64,000 bases of DNA from Laetmonice hystrix (GCA_965235115.1 OZ249440.1:7130001-7194000), one strand, 5' to 3'. Counted from the stretch's first letter, positions 1 to 14,625 are shown. Translations and numbers: made by a program. Notes: generated from the sequence alone by a model not told the origin.

Positions 1-290
1 CCTCTGCCGCCCACGGGCCTGCAGCGGGATTATGACGACTTCAGCTCATATTCATAGGTGGCGCTGCGGCAGCAAGGACGATTTGTAACATTGGACTCCA
101 ACTCAGTGCAGATATATTTTGGTATCTATAAGACCTCAACAACATACAAGAGGCGTGCGTTTTAGGATGGACAAAGAAAAAACAAATGCGAGCTAAGCAG
201 TCTAGACTTCTGTATATTTAACCATTTATATTAGGCCTGTCTTTCCTTGGACTGTAGCCCGTAAGTATAGTATGAGGGTCGACAGGTGTT

Positions 291-442
291 NNNNNNNNNN
301 NNNNNNNNNNNNNNNNNNNNNNNNNNNNNNNNNNNNNNNNNNNNNNNNNNNNNNNNNNNNNNNNNNNNNNNNNNNNNNNNNNNNNNNNNNNNNNNNNNNN
401 NNNNNNNNNNNNNNNNNNNNNNNNNNNNNNNNNNNNNNNNNN
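291..442. other. Assembly gap (152 N)
   Basis: N-run. Confidence 1.
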
Positions 443-754
443 CTCCTACAACTCAACATCAAAAGTTAAAATCCAATCCAACTTATTCTTAGATTTTTAG
501 CCCATTTTTTCAACTGTTGGGTCGTGCAGCAAAGATCTTTCAAATAAAGAGGTTAGGTTTTCAGAAAGGCCTGCACATGTAGGTGTATCACACAGTATAA
601 TTACACAAATAACTGGTAGAATAAATATTGTGTTTCTATAATTCACAAATAGATATCGTATACTCGGGCTAACAAAGACACGCACATTGCAAGAACTTGC
701 TTGCATCAGTCTTGTTCACCATGAAAGTTTCATGCTTACAATATGTAAATTATT

Positions 755-1440
755 TCTTACAAGGACACGTTTTTACGGATTGTCTATGTACATTGTACCA
801 TGGAGGAGTTACTGTCAGACTAGTTCGTGTACAAGAGAATGTTGTCTTACAGTCTTACAAGGACACGTTTTTACGGATTGTCTATGTACATTCTACCATG
901 GAGGAGTTACTTTCAGACTAGTTAGTGTACAAGAGAATGTTGTCTTACAGTCTTACAAAGACACGTTTTTACGGATTGTCTATGTACATTGTACCATGGA
1001 GGAGTTACTGTCAGACTAGTTCGTGTACAAGAGAATGTTGTATTACAGTCTTACAAGGACACGTTTTTACGGATTGTCTATATACATTCTACCATGGAGG
1101 AGTTACTGTCAGACTAGTTCGTGTACAAGAGAATGTTGTCTTACCGTCTTACAAGGACACGTTTTTACGGATTGTCTATGTACATTTTACCATGGAGGAG
1201 TTACTGTCAGACTAGTTCGTGTACAAGAGAATGTTGTCTTACAGTCTTACAAGGACACGTTTTTACGGATTGTCTATGTACATTTTACCATGGAGGAGTT
1301 ACTGTCAGACTAGTTCGTGTACAAGAGAATGTTGTCTTACCGTCTTACAAGGACACGTTTTTACGGATTGTCTATGTACATTCTACCATGGAGGAGTTAC
1401 TGTCAGACTAGTTCGTGTACAAGAGAATGTTGTCTTACAG
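755..1440. repeat. Tandem repeat, 98-bp unit x7
   Basis: Unit TCTTACAAGGACACGTTTTTACGG...GAATGTTGTCTTACAG at 755, 853, 951, ... 1343; near-identical copies. Confidence 0.97.
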
Positions 1441-4400
1441 TAACCATCTTCCATGCTGACGCTGTGCTTGCATGCCCCAGGCAGACCGAGCGCGTGTCTT
1501 CAGGGAAGATTACGGCAATAAACTACGCCGATACAAGAATGGAATTAGCACCTCCCAAGTCGTTTGCGATTTCGCTTTGGAGCGCCATGCATAAACATGG
1601 AGGAGGAAAGCGTACTTTTGGTTGCTTTCACCATGACCCGCTCACCCTAAAGTGTTTATCGCATGACGATACGTTCGCAGCGATCTACTCCAAGTAATTG
1701 TGGTGTGTATGAACGCGTGTAATGAGTGGCCGTTTGATGGTCAGACAATGATCGGCTCCAAGACAGACGATAATCAGATTAGAGCCTCGGGATCGTATTT
1801 CGCGCGGCCAACACAGAGCGGGAAACGAGGTGTTGGCAGAAAGACGCAGGAAACGTGGCCAAGGTGTTGACGACACGCGAACGACCACCGACTCTGCTTA
1901 GCACGTGTTGGTCCGGACATCTGTGACGGTCCCTGCCGTGGTCAGATTATAGTGACGGTCCAGGCTATATCTCCCTTATTATCGCCCAGGACTACGTCAT
2001 GCCTATATATATGCTTATAGGACCCACTCGCTCATGGGGTCCGATGCTTTATTTATAAACGTGAGTGCACTGTTTGAAGATGTGCGTGGACACTCGAAAA
2101 TTAAAGGTGTTGAAAATTCAAGGGGGAAAAAATCATCCAGAAAATCACCCTCTTGCTGCAACACGTCAGCGCCCCCGAGAGACTAACCCTGTAAATGGTT
2201 TCGTGCATAAGCCGGACCTTTCTAAAGACTAGAACGGTTCTGGCAATGAAACCTGTGCGTTTTAGCCAGGTCATCGCTTAAGTGTCGCTCTTCCAGTTTA
2301 GCAGTAAATGTATACCTACAAATTATAGCAGACACCCGCGGTTGCACAGAAATACTGACCCTAAGAGAACAGACAGGATGACCACTCGACGAATGAAGGT
2401 ATTGGGAAATAATTAATACAAATAGAGTGGTTTACATTGTGTACGACCATGTCCGACTGTCGTTCTCTCAACTTGTCTGTATGGGTCTGTAGGAATGACT
2501 CGTAATAACAAAGATCATGACATGTAGGATTATCACGATGATCTCATTAATGCCTGTATTAATGTACAATAAGCTACGATCGAGGACATCACATTTTTTA
2601 ACTTCGGTACATGTTGTTCCGTCTCGGATTATTAAATCCGTGTTTTCCAAGTTCATCCGGAAGTCCCTGATGTCGCTAGAGGGCGCAACATGTCCCACCA
2701 TCTTGTTTTACGCGCATGAATCGCCAATATAAAACATTTCAGCTTGCATACCTTGAAATTGGATCGGTCCGCCAGGGTTTAGACAACTCGTAGAAAGATA
2801 TAGTTTGCTTTTAAGCAAAATGAGCATTGCGGAAGATCGGCCCAGGCGGGCCGCAAAGTTGGGCTTTTGGGCGTGATCGACGCTACTTCTCGGCATTCCG
2901 AGAAGCATCAATCTTCCCGCTTCTAGGCACTTCTTGGCGGAAGGTCAAGGGGACCACGGGATCGGAGCAATTTACTTGGGACAGTTGAGGAGATGGAGGG
3001 TGCCTGTGAGATCGGACGCTGTCACAACGCACGTCATAATACAGATTTAAGGCTGCCATGTCACGACTGGCTGCCAGCTCAGCCGCTAATCTCCAAAGGC
3101 TCCCACAGGTGGCGCTACTGTAGCTCGGCATTGTACTCGGATCTCTCGGGACACGGGCTTGGCTCTAGACCCCATAACGATCTAGTATAATGCTTGCTTT
3201 AAATACCAACAACAAGCAAAACCACCAAACATTTAGAAAAAAGACGTTCGACGTTATTTTTATGATAACCCAGTCTGGTATACTTGCTTGGCGTTCAGGT
3301 GAGAAATGAGCATCTCTTATTATGGATCTACCTGTTAATATTTAACTTGGATCTCACCTACAATAATTATCAGGCATTCCGCTAATTCTACCACGGTTAC
3401 ACCCTATGACCCCAGATGAACATTGACCTCTCATAACGCTGCTCACATATATAATAATATATCCTCTGTAACAACGAGGCAATACCTCATCGCGCGCTTT
3501 TCGTCCCAAACAGCATTGTTCTACGCCTAAACTGTGCTCATCAGTGATAATTCAACCCGCAGTCGGGTTGTTGAAGCCGTGAACAGTCACACGGCTGGTG
3601 AGACGGTGTCCGTACCAGTCAACACCCGGTACCGGTCACTGACCACCATATACCCGCCTCCGTTTGTCACCACTCACAACATCGTTTATCTCTCACCGCC
3701 AAAAAATGACACACAATCATGATTTGGATAAATACACGAATACAAGTACCATGGCCCTGAAATTGAACTGTCAATGGAATAAATTTTCGTGCTGCTGAAA
3801 TGCATGCATACGCGATAACAGATCAGAACCATGCAAAGTTTGATTATTATAATGATGGATGTGAATATATGACCGGACATGCTTGCACGTCTGTGTGTAT
3901 GACGTGTGTATACACAGCACATTCACAGTCATACTTGTAGTATGTAAAATTATACAGCGTGAGACATGTGGCACATTACAAGACAAATCTGAAAGCGCGC
4001 GAAAATAAATCAGGCCAGAATCTCGTCCTGGAAAAACAGACGCCCAATTCTATACAGCTTTGTATAAATACATGTCAACTTATGCAGCAACTGGTTTTTC
4101 TCTGAGCCACAAAATTGACTCTTAAACACGAGAAGTTTGTCAAACTAAACGACTGCATGTATCATAGTTAGCTGCTTAGTCGCATTCTAGCTCTGGACAG
4201 ACAGAGTTTCGATCCTCAGTTCGCTTCGCCTGGAAAACGCATTGGTCAATTTTGTCTGTCAAATTACCTCGAGTTATTGACTTTTTCAGGGACGCTCCTC
4301 GCAAAGGGAAGCGTTTGTCAATTTCGAGCCAACAGATTGCCCCATCCCGTCCGTCTTGTAGAAGACTTCCCAAGGTTCGACGTAAAACGTGGCTCATTGA

Positions 4401-5332
4401 AAGCGGACACGGCACGGTGATTAAGACGCCATTTGTCTGTGGCGTGCTCGAGCTGCAATGGGGACCAGGGGAATCGGCCAGGCTGTGGGCACGGCCGTCT
4501 CTCCTCTCATAATGTTTGAATTACGAACTTTGATAAATGGGTATTTATGGTACGTTCGCGGGCTGGCGCGCTCCCCGAGATGGTCTGCCCGTGTCAATTT
4601 TGGCCATTTCACATCAAAGCACTGCCTTGTAAATGGATTTGTTTTAATTATGACGAATGGCTCCACCAAATTGTGAAAATTTGACTTGACGTAGAGAAGA
4701 GCATTCAATAGGCATATAAACGGTCGTAAAGCAGCGAGTCGGTCGATTTGAAATCTATTGTGCCAAATGATGTGCCAATAATTGTCGTAGGTCTCCCGCA
4801 TCAAGGCTCGTTCGTCCCATTCGGTGACTGTAGATTGTTATTCACAAAACCAACGTGGGGCCAAGTATTAGATTGGCTCGGTGGAGTGGGCGTGCAAGGA
4901 ATGGGCCTGGTGGATGAGACGTTATATTTGTGTGCTCATATTCCATAATGGAGCGACTCAATACAAGTCGAGCCTGTGTAATCTGTATTAAAACTTTGAT
5001 GCCACTCACAGCCGCCGTTTGAAGTAGGTAGAGTTGTGTGCTGCAGACGATAGGAAACTGCCGGGAACTGCTAGAGATTTAGAACAGAGGCGGGTAATAC
5101 AATCATACAGATCTGTAATGTTCGGCTAATCTATCAAGTAACTTGAAATTAGGATCAGATGTCTGAAAAATAGAAAAACTTAAGACATAAAAATAGGAGG
5201 GAATGGACAAAGAAAGAAGACAAAGAAAGCTGACTGCCTGTGACTTCTTACATCTCCTCCATACGGAGTTCTCTTTACGTTTCAATCCGTCAGGAGTCGG
5301 TCATTAGGTCCTGATGGACGTTAGCTTTGGTC

Positions 5333-5891
5333 CCCGTCACTGAGACACTGAGTCAGACCACCGGGCCGGCCACAGCCCCGTCACTGAGACACTGAGACCT
5401 GAGTCAGACCACCGGGCCGGCCACAGCCCCGTCACTGAGACACTGAGACCTGAGTCAGACCACCGGGCCGGCCACAGCCCCGTCACTGAGACACTGAGAC
5501 CTGAGTCAGACCACCGGGCCGGCCACAGCCCTGTCACTGAGACACTGAGACCTGAGTCAGACCACCGGGCCGGCCACAGCCCTGTCACTGAGACACTGAG
5601 ACCTGAGTCAGACCACCAGGCCGGCCACAGCCCCGTCACTGAGACACTGAGACCTGAGTCAGACCACCAGGCCGGCCACAGCCCCGTCACTGAGACACTG
5701 AGACCTGAGTCAGACCACCAGGCCGGCCACAGCCCGTCACTGAGACACTGAGACCTGAGTCAGACCACCGGGCCGGCCACAGCCCCGTCACTGAGACACT
5801 GAGACACTGAGACCTGAGTCAGACCACCAGGCCGGCCACATCCCCGTCCCTGAGACACTGAGACCTGAGTCAGACCACCGGGCCGGCCACA
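5333..5891. repeat. Minisatellite, 51-bp unit, about 11 copies
   Basis: CCCGTCACTGAGACACTGAGACCTGAGTCAGACCACCGGGCCGGCCACAGC repeated. Confidence 0.97.
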
Positions 5892-6262
5892 GGCTCCGAT
5901 TGGATTAGTTGCTAACACGTAACGACCCGTCCTGAGGTCGCTGCCAACTGTGCAATAAGCACAACCAGGCCCACCGTCCTTTCAAGTGGGCCGGGGGTGC
6001 GAGGCACCGCCGGGGGGACTCCGACGGGCGCAGGGCGCGGTGCCCCCGGCGAGTCAGTCCAGCTGACCGGGCACAGATCAACCTAGAGGGTACCTTAACT
6101 ATAGTATCGACCGTCTCCTCCGTCAGTCCACCGTCATGTATATCAAGGCAATCACTGGGTGGTCCTTTGTATAGATACACCCAGAGTGTGTCTCCAGGCA
6201 TTTAACCCTACTTGTGGGGTATAACAGACGCTTTAGACGGCTAACAATACGGAGAAGGTCGA

Positions 6263-6809
6263 CATGTAAGATCTGCCATAATGTAGCGTTGGGTCATGTA
6301 AGATCTGCCATAATGTAGCGTTGGATCATGTAAGATCTGCCATAATGTAGCGTTGGATCATGTAAGATCTGCCATAATGTAGCGTTGGGTCATGTAAGAT
6401 CTGCCATAATGTAGCGTTGGATCATGTAAGATCTGCCATAATGTAGCGTTGGGTCAGGTAAGATCTGCCATAATGTAGCGTTGGGTCATGTAAGATCTGC
6501 CATAATGTAGCGTTGGGTCATGTAAGATCTACCATAATGTAACGTTGGGTCATGTAAGATCTGCCATAATGTAGGGTTGGGTCATGTAAGATCCGATATA
6601 ATGTAGCGTTGGGTCATGTAAGATCTGCCATAATGTAGCGTTGGGTCATGTAAGATCTGCCATAATGTAGCGTTGGGTCATGTAAGATCTACCATAATGT
6701 AACGTTGGGTCATGTAAGATCTGCCATAATGTAGCGTTGGGTCATGTAAGATCCGATATAATGTAGCGTTGGACCATGTAAGATCTGCCATAATGTAGCG
6801 TTGGATCAT
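6263..6809. repeat. Minisatellite, 32-bp unit, about 17 copies
   Basis: CATGTAAGATCTGCCATAATGTAGCGTTGGGT repeated. Confidence 0.97.
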
Positions 6810-8066
6810 AAAACACAACCGTTTGACGTTTGACAAGGCAGCACATTTTGTTGACGGTTTGGAAACTTTATCTGATTGCATCCATCTCTAATTCCGGAGT
6901 TTACTAAGCGACATCGCCCGGAGGATCCATTGTAGATTAGTCATTTTGATCAGTAGTATAATTATGATGAAGGTGATTACCATTATCATGTATTATACGA
7001 AAAAGACTTGTCATGTACAAAGCTAGAAAAGGTTTCATGTATTTGCTATTTGGATGGAAAACACGGTCATTAAGCTTTCAGCTGAGACGCCAGCGAAACA
7101 TTAACAGTCACACGTTCTGTCAAGTCACATATCCTGTATTGTCAGCAAGGCGCGATTGATAATAACGGCGACTAAATGATAATGGTAAAAAAAATAATTG
7201 AAAAGCTACTAATAATAGCAATAAAGCAGTCGAGGACAAAAACAGCTAGAAGCACTTAGAAGAATAATGTTTTCCGCATGTCCTAGCCTTATTTTATTCT
7301 TTGATGCGGAGAAGACTAAACCTATGAAGTAGGACACGGAATTATATCAAGTATACTGTATGGGTGAGACATACAAGAAATATTGAAATTCCTGCCCTTC
7401 CAACCCAGATGTCAATGCTCTAATTATGTGTGTGTATCCTATATCACACATGCAAGTGTGTTGTCCTGTATGTGTGTGATACATACATCCTCGACATGTC
7501 AATTTGGTTGAGACTTGCTTTATCAAAACAGAACACGGCTGTCCGGTCGACTCCGAGGTCGCCACCCCCGCCCCTCTCCCCAGTATATAGCCGTCTCCCG
7601 TAGACCCTCGAGCTATATGCCCACTCCTTAATGGAGAAATATGTGGCCAAATGTAACCTTGGCCACCGTGCGACTTTAAAAGTTTACAAACGCCTCATTA
7701 GTCGTAGGTTACCTAATTAGAGAGGCCGTTAAGGCGGGCGCCACATCAGACGTGCCGCTAGGGGGCGTGCCGGTGTGGGCCGGGTGCAGTCGGTGGTAGC
7801 GGAGCTGTGCCGGTCGGGCAGCAATCACCTCCACATGGTAGGAGCACCATACCGTTTGATGTACATCTCGCTACAAGTGGCATACAGATTGTCCATGCGT
7901 GGGTATAATTATGATGTAGATGTCACCTTAACAGAAATTGACAAGCACGACGCGTGTCTGTGAATCATGGGAGCTGACACATTCTCGTGAGACGAGCCAA
8001 CCACCAACCTTTGTCTTGGAAACATCTTCTTTTCTGGTCTCTTATAAATTACCACTCTGTCTTAGA

Positions 8067-8438
8067 AGACGTACTCGGGTCTGACTTTATAGAGTAAGAG
8101 ACCTGCACGGTATATCTAAACAGATACTATTAAGTGTTCACTACGGTATATCTCTAAGCAGATATATTAAGTGTCCACTACGGTATATCTCTAAGCAGAT
8201 ACTATATTTCTCAGACGTACTCGGGTCTGACTTTATTCCCCTATAGAGTAACAGACATGCACGGTATATCTAAGCAGATACTATATTAAGTGTCCACTAC
8301 GGTGTATCTCTCAGCAGATTTCTCAGACGTACTCGGGTCGGACGTTATAGAGTAACAGACATGCACGGTATATCTAAGCAGATACTATATTAAGTGTCCA
8401 CTACGGTATATATCTAAGCAGATACTATATTAAGTGTC
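8067..8438. repeat. Degenerate two-level tandem repeat (3 outer units of about 110-145 bp with a roughly 37-bp inner subrepeat)
   Basis: AGACGTACTCGGGTC at 8067, 8213 and 8325; inner ACGGTATATCT...AAGCAGATACTATATTAAGTGTCCACT repeats. Confidence 0.85.
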
Positions 8439-9078
8439 AACTTGAGAAGAGATGTAATGTGTTGTGTGAGCTTTATAATTAATGTCTCCTGACTTAATAA
8501 GTTTTCAGACTTCACTTCGCTTCAAATCACAAAATAGCCACCTTTTGGTTCTTAATATATAGATAACGGGCATAAAGGTATGTATGTCTGTATGTATATA
8601 TGTGCATATTTATATGTAAGTATATAAGCAGATGGTATAATTGACTCTATGCCTGGAAGCCTGTGTCATGTGAAGTCATGTACTACCAATAGCACTCAGT
8701 GAAGTATCATAACCCAAACAAGACCAAGTCGATTTGTCAGAGGAAGACTTGGTACTCCTGTATGTTTATCTATGAGGACATAATAGTTTACGTCTGGACG
8801 GATTGGGTCCATCTGTTCGTTCTCAGTATTATCATATCATACATCGTCGTTCAGGTTCGTTCATCGTCCAGGGGATGTCAGAACATCCTGCACCGAGCAC
8901 CGAGATCATGTTCATCATCCTGAACACCTTGTTTGTGTTAGAAATCTACCCGCGAAATATTGCTCGATATACAGTAAAAACTCTCAACACCTGGACCCTG
9001 AAATTTTTACTGAAATATCATACAATGTACTTGCATGGCCCTGGCCAAACGTAGGGTGGTCTATTTAAAACCAGACTC

Positions 9079-9379
9079 NNNNNNNNNNNNNNNNNNNNNN
9101 NNNNNNNNNNNNNNNNNNNNNNNNNNNNNNNNNNNNNNNNNNNNNNNNNNNNNNNNNNNNNNNNNNNNNNNNNNNNNNNNNNNNNNNNNNNNNNNNNNNN
9201 NNNNNNNNNNNNNNNNNNNNNNNNNNNNNNNNNNNNNNNNNNNNNNNNNNNNNNNNNNNNNNNNNNNNNNNNNNNNNNNNNNNNNNNNNNNNNNNNNNNN
9301 NNNNNNNNNNNNNNNNNNNNNNNNNNNNNNNNNNNNNNNNNNNNNNNNNNNNNNNNNNNNNNNNNNNNNNNNNNNNNNN
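9079..9379. other. Assembly gap (301 N)
   Basis: N-run, followed by an ACAG-type simple repeat. Confidence 1.
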
Positions 9380-10188
9380 ACAGAAACCGACATACAGACA
9401 GACAGATAGACCGACACACAGACAAACATATAGCGGGACAGACAGAGAAAGATGTACTGTATCGAATCCGCAAATAATTAGCCTTAAACAAAGCAAAAAG
9501 TGCGATGCAAGGTTCCATCAGTTAACATTCAAGTTGAACGTCAGAACAAAAACAAACAAAAAAAGCAATGTATGATGCTGACGTCTCCTCTCTCCCACAG
9601 TCAGCACGACAGAGTTTCCCATGTAGCTTTGATGTAGGTTTGCAGCGATCTAAACGAGGCCTTTATGCCTGTTTTTATTGTGGGACCATGATAATCGGCC
9701 ATCGTTAAGGCTTGCGTCGCTTTGATATCAGTGATGTCCAAGTCTGTTTCAAGTTACTACATGTCGGTAACAACGCAGCTTAACTACACGCCACAAATAT
9801 ATAGATATATTACCATCTCGTGTTGCTGCGGGCTTCTCCCATGGACAACATGCAGTTACACGAGCGGCAGACCTAAGAACATTCATCCTTTTGAACTGTC
9901 AGTGAACGCCGCGCCGCGCTCAGCCGGAATTTTAATTCGGCCGCTACGCGTCGCCACCTGCGGCGAGGGCGGAATGGTACAAGGTTGTGATCGGGCGGCG
10001 TCGGGTCAACTCGCTAAAATGGCGAAGTCTTTCGCGATCAAGGCCGCAGTATATAGGCATATCGGGTTAGAAAAACGTAGAAATTTAACCAGTGGAATGG
10101 CTGACTCACCAGATCCCCCCTCCCCCCAAAAAACAAGAAACCACTGTGAAAAAGTCGGATGCAAATTCTCTTAACCCCCCCCCCCCAT

Positions 10189-11003
10189 CTCACCCTGCCA
10201 CAAACCCACGACCTGGCCGAGTTAGAGAAATAAGTGTATTATTATTATAGGCCCGACCTCACCCTGCCACAAACCCACGACCTGGCCGAGTTAGAGAACT
10301 CAGTGTATTATTATTATTATAGGCCCGACCTCACCTTGCCACAAACCCACGACCTGGCCGAGTTAGAGAACTGAGTGTATTATTATTATAGGCCCGACCT
10401 CACCCTGCCACAAACCCACGACCTGGCCGAGTTAGAGAACTGAGTGTATTATTATTATAGGTCCGACCTCACCCAGCCACAAACCCACGACCTGGCCGAG
10501 TTAGAGAACTGAGTGTATTATTATTATTATAGGCCCGACCTCACCCTGCCACAAACCCACGACCTGGCCGAGTTAGAGAACTGAGTGTATTATTATTATA
10601 GGCCCGACCTCACCTAGCCACAAACCCACGACCTGGCCGAGTTAGAGAACTGAGTGTATTATTATTATAGGTCCGACCTCACCCTGCCACAAACCCACGA
10701 CCTGGCCGAGTTAGAGAACTCAGTGTATTATTATTATAGGCCCGACCTCACCCTGCCACAAACCCACGACCTGGCCGAGTTAGAGAACTCAGTGTATTAT
10801 TATTATTATAGGTCCGACCTCACCTTGCCACAAACCCACGACCTGGCCGAGTTAGAGAACTGAGTGTATTATTATTATAGGTCCGACCTCACCCTGCCAC
10901 AAACCCACGACCTGGCCGAGTTAGAGAACTGAGTGTATTATTATTATAGGCCCGACCTCACCCTGCCACAAACCCACGACCTGGCCGAGTTAGAGAACTC
11001 AGT

Positions 11004-11035
<32 letters not shown>

Positions 11036-11340
11036 GGTCCGACCTCACCCTGCCACAAACCCACGACCTGGCCGAGTAAGAGAACTCAGTGTATTATTAT
11101 TATAGGCCCGACCTCACCCTGCCACAAACCCACGACCTGGCCGAGTTAGAGAACTGAGTGTATTATTATTATAGGCCCGACCTCACCCTGCCACAAACCC
11201 ACGACCTGGCCGAGTTAGAGAACTGAGTGTATTATTATTATAGGTCCGACCTCACCTTGCCACAAACCCACGACTTGGCCGAGTTAGAGAACTGAGTGTA
11301 TTATTATTATAGGCCCGACCTCACCTTGCCAGAAACCCAC
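10189..11340. repeat. Minisatellite, 69/72-bp unit, about 16 copies, with an embedded (TAT)n
   Basis: CTCACCCTGCCACAAACCCACGACCTGGCCGAGTTAGAGAACTGAGTG(TAT)4-5AGGCCCGAC; one unit has (TAT)10. Confidence 0.97.
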
Positions 11341-12825
11341 ATAAAGAGGGAATCTCTAAAACTTCTCCTATATTTTGGTTGATTTTGCCTCCTACAAAAT
11401 ATGTTTCATGTCAAGAGCTAAAAGAAACTGATTAGGCCTACCTAATTCCCCCCCCCCCCCCCCCCCCCCATAAAAGCGACGCCCGTACACCGGAATTATA
11501 CGCCTATACATTTTGAGGAACTCCACAGACAGTGTGGCTTTGGTAACCCAGTTCGGAGCACTGGGTTCATGATTGGCTGGTCCGGTTAGACCAACCAATC
11601 AGAAGCCTTAAGCTTAAGCAATTAGGATCCTAAGTTTTTTTAAGGAACTGGTTTGTGTGGTGGCTTAACACAGCCAGCGCCCAGTCGGTCAACCACCTCC
11701 CTGGTCGAGGTCGATCACGGCTTGGTCTGACCAACTCGGTCTGACCATAGAACTGTTCTATGGTCTGACGGCAGGCTGCCATTTTACTGACCATAAACGC
11801 TCCGGACACAATCGTTGACGTCAGCAGACAATTGGTCGGACAGCAGAGATCAAGGTAAAGGTTAACAATAGGATCAGAGATCAGCCAACCACCTCAAGGC
11901 ACGCGTTGTCATCACCTTTCCTGTCAGCGCCTGCTTCAACCAAAACCATTTAGACTTCCCAGTCCATGTGTCTTTAGGCAGAAATGATGCATTATGCACT
12001 TGGCATGAGACTCGGACACACACAGACACACAGGTAGGATATGTGTGTGAGTGATAGCAGTAGAGGTGATTTCCAACCCTCAGGCTGAATTCTTACCTTA
12101 ACCTCCACTCATACTCTCGTCACAATGACGCATATAATGTTTTCAACGGGATTCTTAATGTTTGGGCTAGGTTTTCCTAATCTTGTCTTTGCTCTCTATA
12201 TTCATACGTACTCGTGTAATGAGGATGTTAGAATGCATAGCTGACCAATGTATGTGCACATATGAGAGTATTATACTCGTCAGACTCATGGAGATATTCA
12301 CAATACTTTGCACCTCTCTCTGCATACATGTATAACGCGCGAGCCCATGTACTCATTATAGGAAAACACCAAATGGTATTCATCATATAGGTTCATTATT
12401 CATTCCTGTAACACTAAGAGTAGCATGCCTGTATAACATATAGTCGACACCTAACCACATCCTCGTTGCTCGAGGTCTTGTTCCGACATATTCTTGGCCC
12501 TCTGTCTCAGGCATTCAAGAGATTACAAAGCCGCCAAGGTATAAGTGATTGCTCCAATTGCTGATTTATTCCACAGAGTGTCAGTTGTTGAAAATGTGGG
12601 AAATGTGAAGGGATATGACGAGGATTGTTTGCGTAAAGTGTCACCTACCGATACGTATGGGCTGTGACTGGATTAACTAAACTCCCTTACAATCGTGTAC
12701 GATGGCCTTAGTGTATATACATGTACATACATAGGTCTACACATGACCTGAAACTATGTATATACTTCCTGTATAAACGGACTGCAGGCACTGGCCATAT
12801 ATCACCGAGATTATAATGGCTCTTT

Positions 12826-12990
12826 NNNNNNNNNNNNNNNNNNNNNNNNNNNNNNNNNNNNNNNNNNNNNNNNNNNNNNNNNNNNNNNNNNNNNNNNNNN
12901 NNNNNNNNNNNNNNNNNNNNNNNNNNNNNNNNNNNNNNNNNNNNNNNNNNNNNNNNNNNNNNNNNNNNNNNNNNNNNNNNNNNNNNNNNN
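12826..12990. other. Assembly gap (165 N)
   Basis: N-run. Confidence 1.
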
Positions 12991-13310
12991 TACGCATACC
13001 TGTAACGTTATATGGCCACGTATAGCTATTATCCACTTTCAAGGAAATATATTTATAAAAACTTCTCCTGTACTGAGGAATTGTTGCAAATGAAGAAAAA
13101 GTTAGTTTGTAGCACTCACTCTGTCAAACCAAAGTATACCCTTAGGTATAATGATTCTTCTCCTGGATGTATTTGTCCCTATTCAGCTTCTTGTCGCCCC
13201 TCCCCCTCCAGAGTTCAAAGAACCACGTGTACAGAACCTGCCATATATTTGAAGGTAATAATCGTCTTCATTCATGTACATTTGAAGTTTTCTTCTTACA
13301 CGTCATAATT

Positions 13311-14276
13311 GGCAGGAGATCCAGGAACCTCTCCTGGGGCTGTGTTTTTTCTAACATAAAGCGAGCCTTGATATGGCAGGAGATCCAGGAACCTCTCCTG
13401 GGGCTGTGTTTTTTCTAACATAAAGCGAGCCTTGCTATGACAGGAGATCCAGGAACCTCTCCTGGGGCTGTAGTTTTCTAACATAAAGCGAGCCTTGATA
13501 TGGCAGGAGATCCAGGAACCTCTCCTGGGGCTGTGTTATTCTAACATAAAGCGAGCCTTGATATGGCAGGAGATCCAGGAACCTCTCCTGGGGCTGTGTT
13601 TTTCTAACATAAAGCGAGCCTTGATATGGCAGGAGATCCAGGAACCTCTCCTGGGGCTGTGGTTTTTCTAACATAAAGCGAGCCTTGATATGGCAGGAGA
13701 TCCAGGAACCTCTCCTGGGGCTGTGTTTTTCTAACATAAAGCGAGCCTTGATATGGCAGGAGATCCAGGAACCTCTCCTGGGGCTGTGTTTTTCTAACAT
13801 AAAGCGAGCCTTGATATGGCAGGAGATCCAGGAACCTCTCCTGGGGCTGTGGTTTTTCTAACATAAAGCGAGCCTTGATATGGCAGGAGATCCAGGAACC
13901 TCTCCTGGGGCTGTGGTTTTTCTAACATAAAGCGAGCCTTGATATGGCAGGAGATCCAGGAACCTCTCCTGGGGCTGTGTTTTTCTAACATAAAGCGAGC
14001 CTTGATATGGCAGGAGATCCAGGAACCTCTCCTGGGGCTGTGGTTTTTCTAACATAAAGCGAGCCTTGATATGGCAGGAGATCCAGGAACCTCTCCTGGG
14101 GCTGTGGTTTTCTAACATAAAGCGAGCCTTGCTATGGCAGGAGATCCAGGAACCTCACCTGGGGCTGTGGTTTTCTAACATAAAGCGAGCCTCGATATGC
14201 AGGAGATCCAGGAACCTCTCCTGCATGGGCTGTGTTTTTCTAACATAAACCGATCGAGCCTTGCTATGGCAGGAGA
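13311..14276. repeat. Minisatellite, 63-64-bp unit, about 15 copies
   Basis: GGCAGGAGATCCAGGAACCTCTCCTGGGGCTGTG(G)TTTTTCTAACATAAAGCGAGCCTTGATAT repeated. Confidence 0.97.
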
Positions 14277-14567
14277 CAATATAATCTTAAAAGATGTATG
14301 TCTGCCTATGTACTGTTTTCAAAGGTCATGCCCCCTTAAACGATTTGACATGAGATGGGGCATCGGTTCATCATCACTTGACATCAATTTTGACATTTAA
14401 TTTCCTTCATCTTAGTTTGCATCGCTCTTTTCATGTGCAAGCGATGATGAACTGATGTCCCATTACTTATAAAATGTCTTCTGTGGAGATGACCCTTCAA
14501 ACACTAACCTACCTGTGGGCCCATGTGTCACAGGACCTTGTTATAGTACAATTTGTCTGGTTCGTGT

Positions 14568-14625
14568 GGGTGTGGATGTGGATGTGGGTGTGGGTGTGGG
14601 TGTGGGTGTGGGTGTGGGTGTGGGT
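14568..14625. repeat. Hexamer microsatellite (GTGTGG)n
   Basis: Direct reading of the GGTGTG/GATGTG run. Confidence 0.9.

Noticed and set aside
226-492. ORFs spanning N-runs (also 9018-9518, 12737-13042 and 49657-50238)
   Set aside because: Open only because N codons contain no stops.
687-1443. Stack of similar 74-110-aa ORFs (likewise at 13.3-14.4 kb and 57.5-58.4 kb)
   Set aside because: Frame-shifted translations of tandem repeat units.
2886-2905. Perfect hairpin CTTCTCGG-CATT-CCGAGAAG resembling an intrinsic terminator
   Set aside because: No following U-tract, a eukaryotic context, and 8-bp stems are expected by chance in 64 kb.
7555-7660. Weak similarity to 11450-11550 (both translate VYGRR.Y..GGGG.LG on the minus strand)
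   Set aside because: Nucleotide similarity is marginal and driven by poly-C tracts; cannot be supported without an alignment score.
10189-11340. Possible CRISPR-like array (regular repeats)
   Set aside because: Units are contiguous with no unique spacers, there are no cas genes, and the context is eukaryotic. The same holds for all other arrays here.
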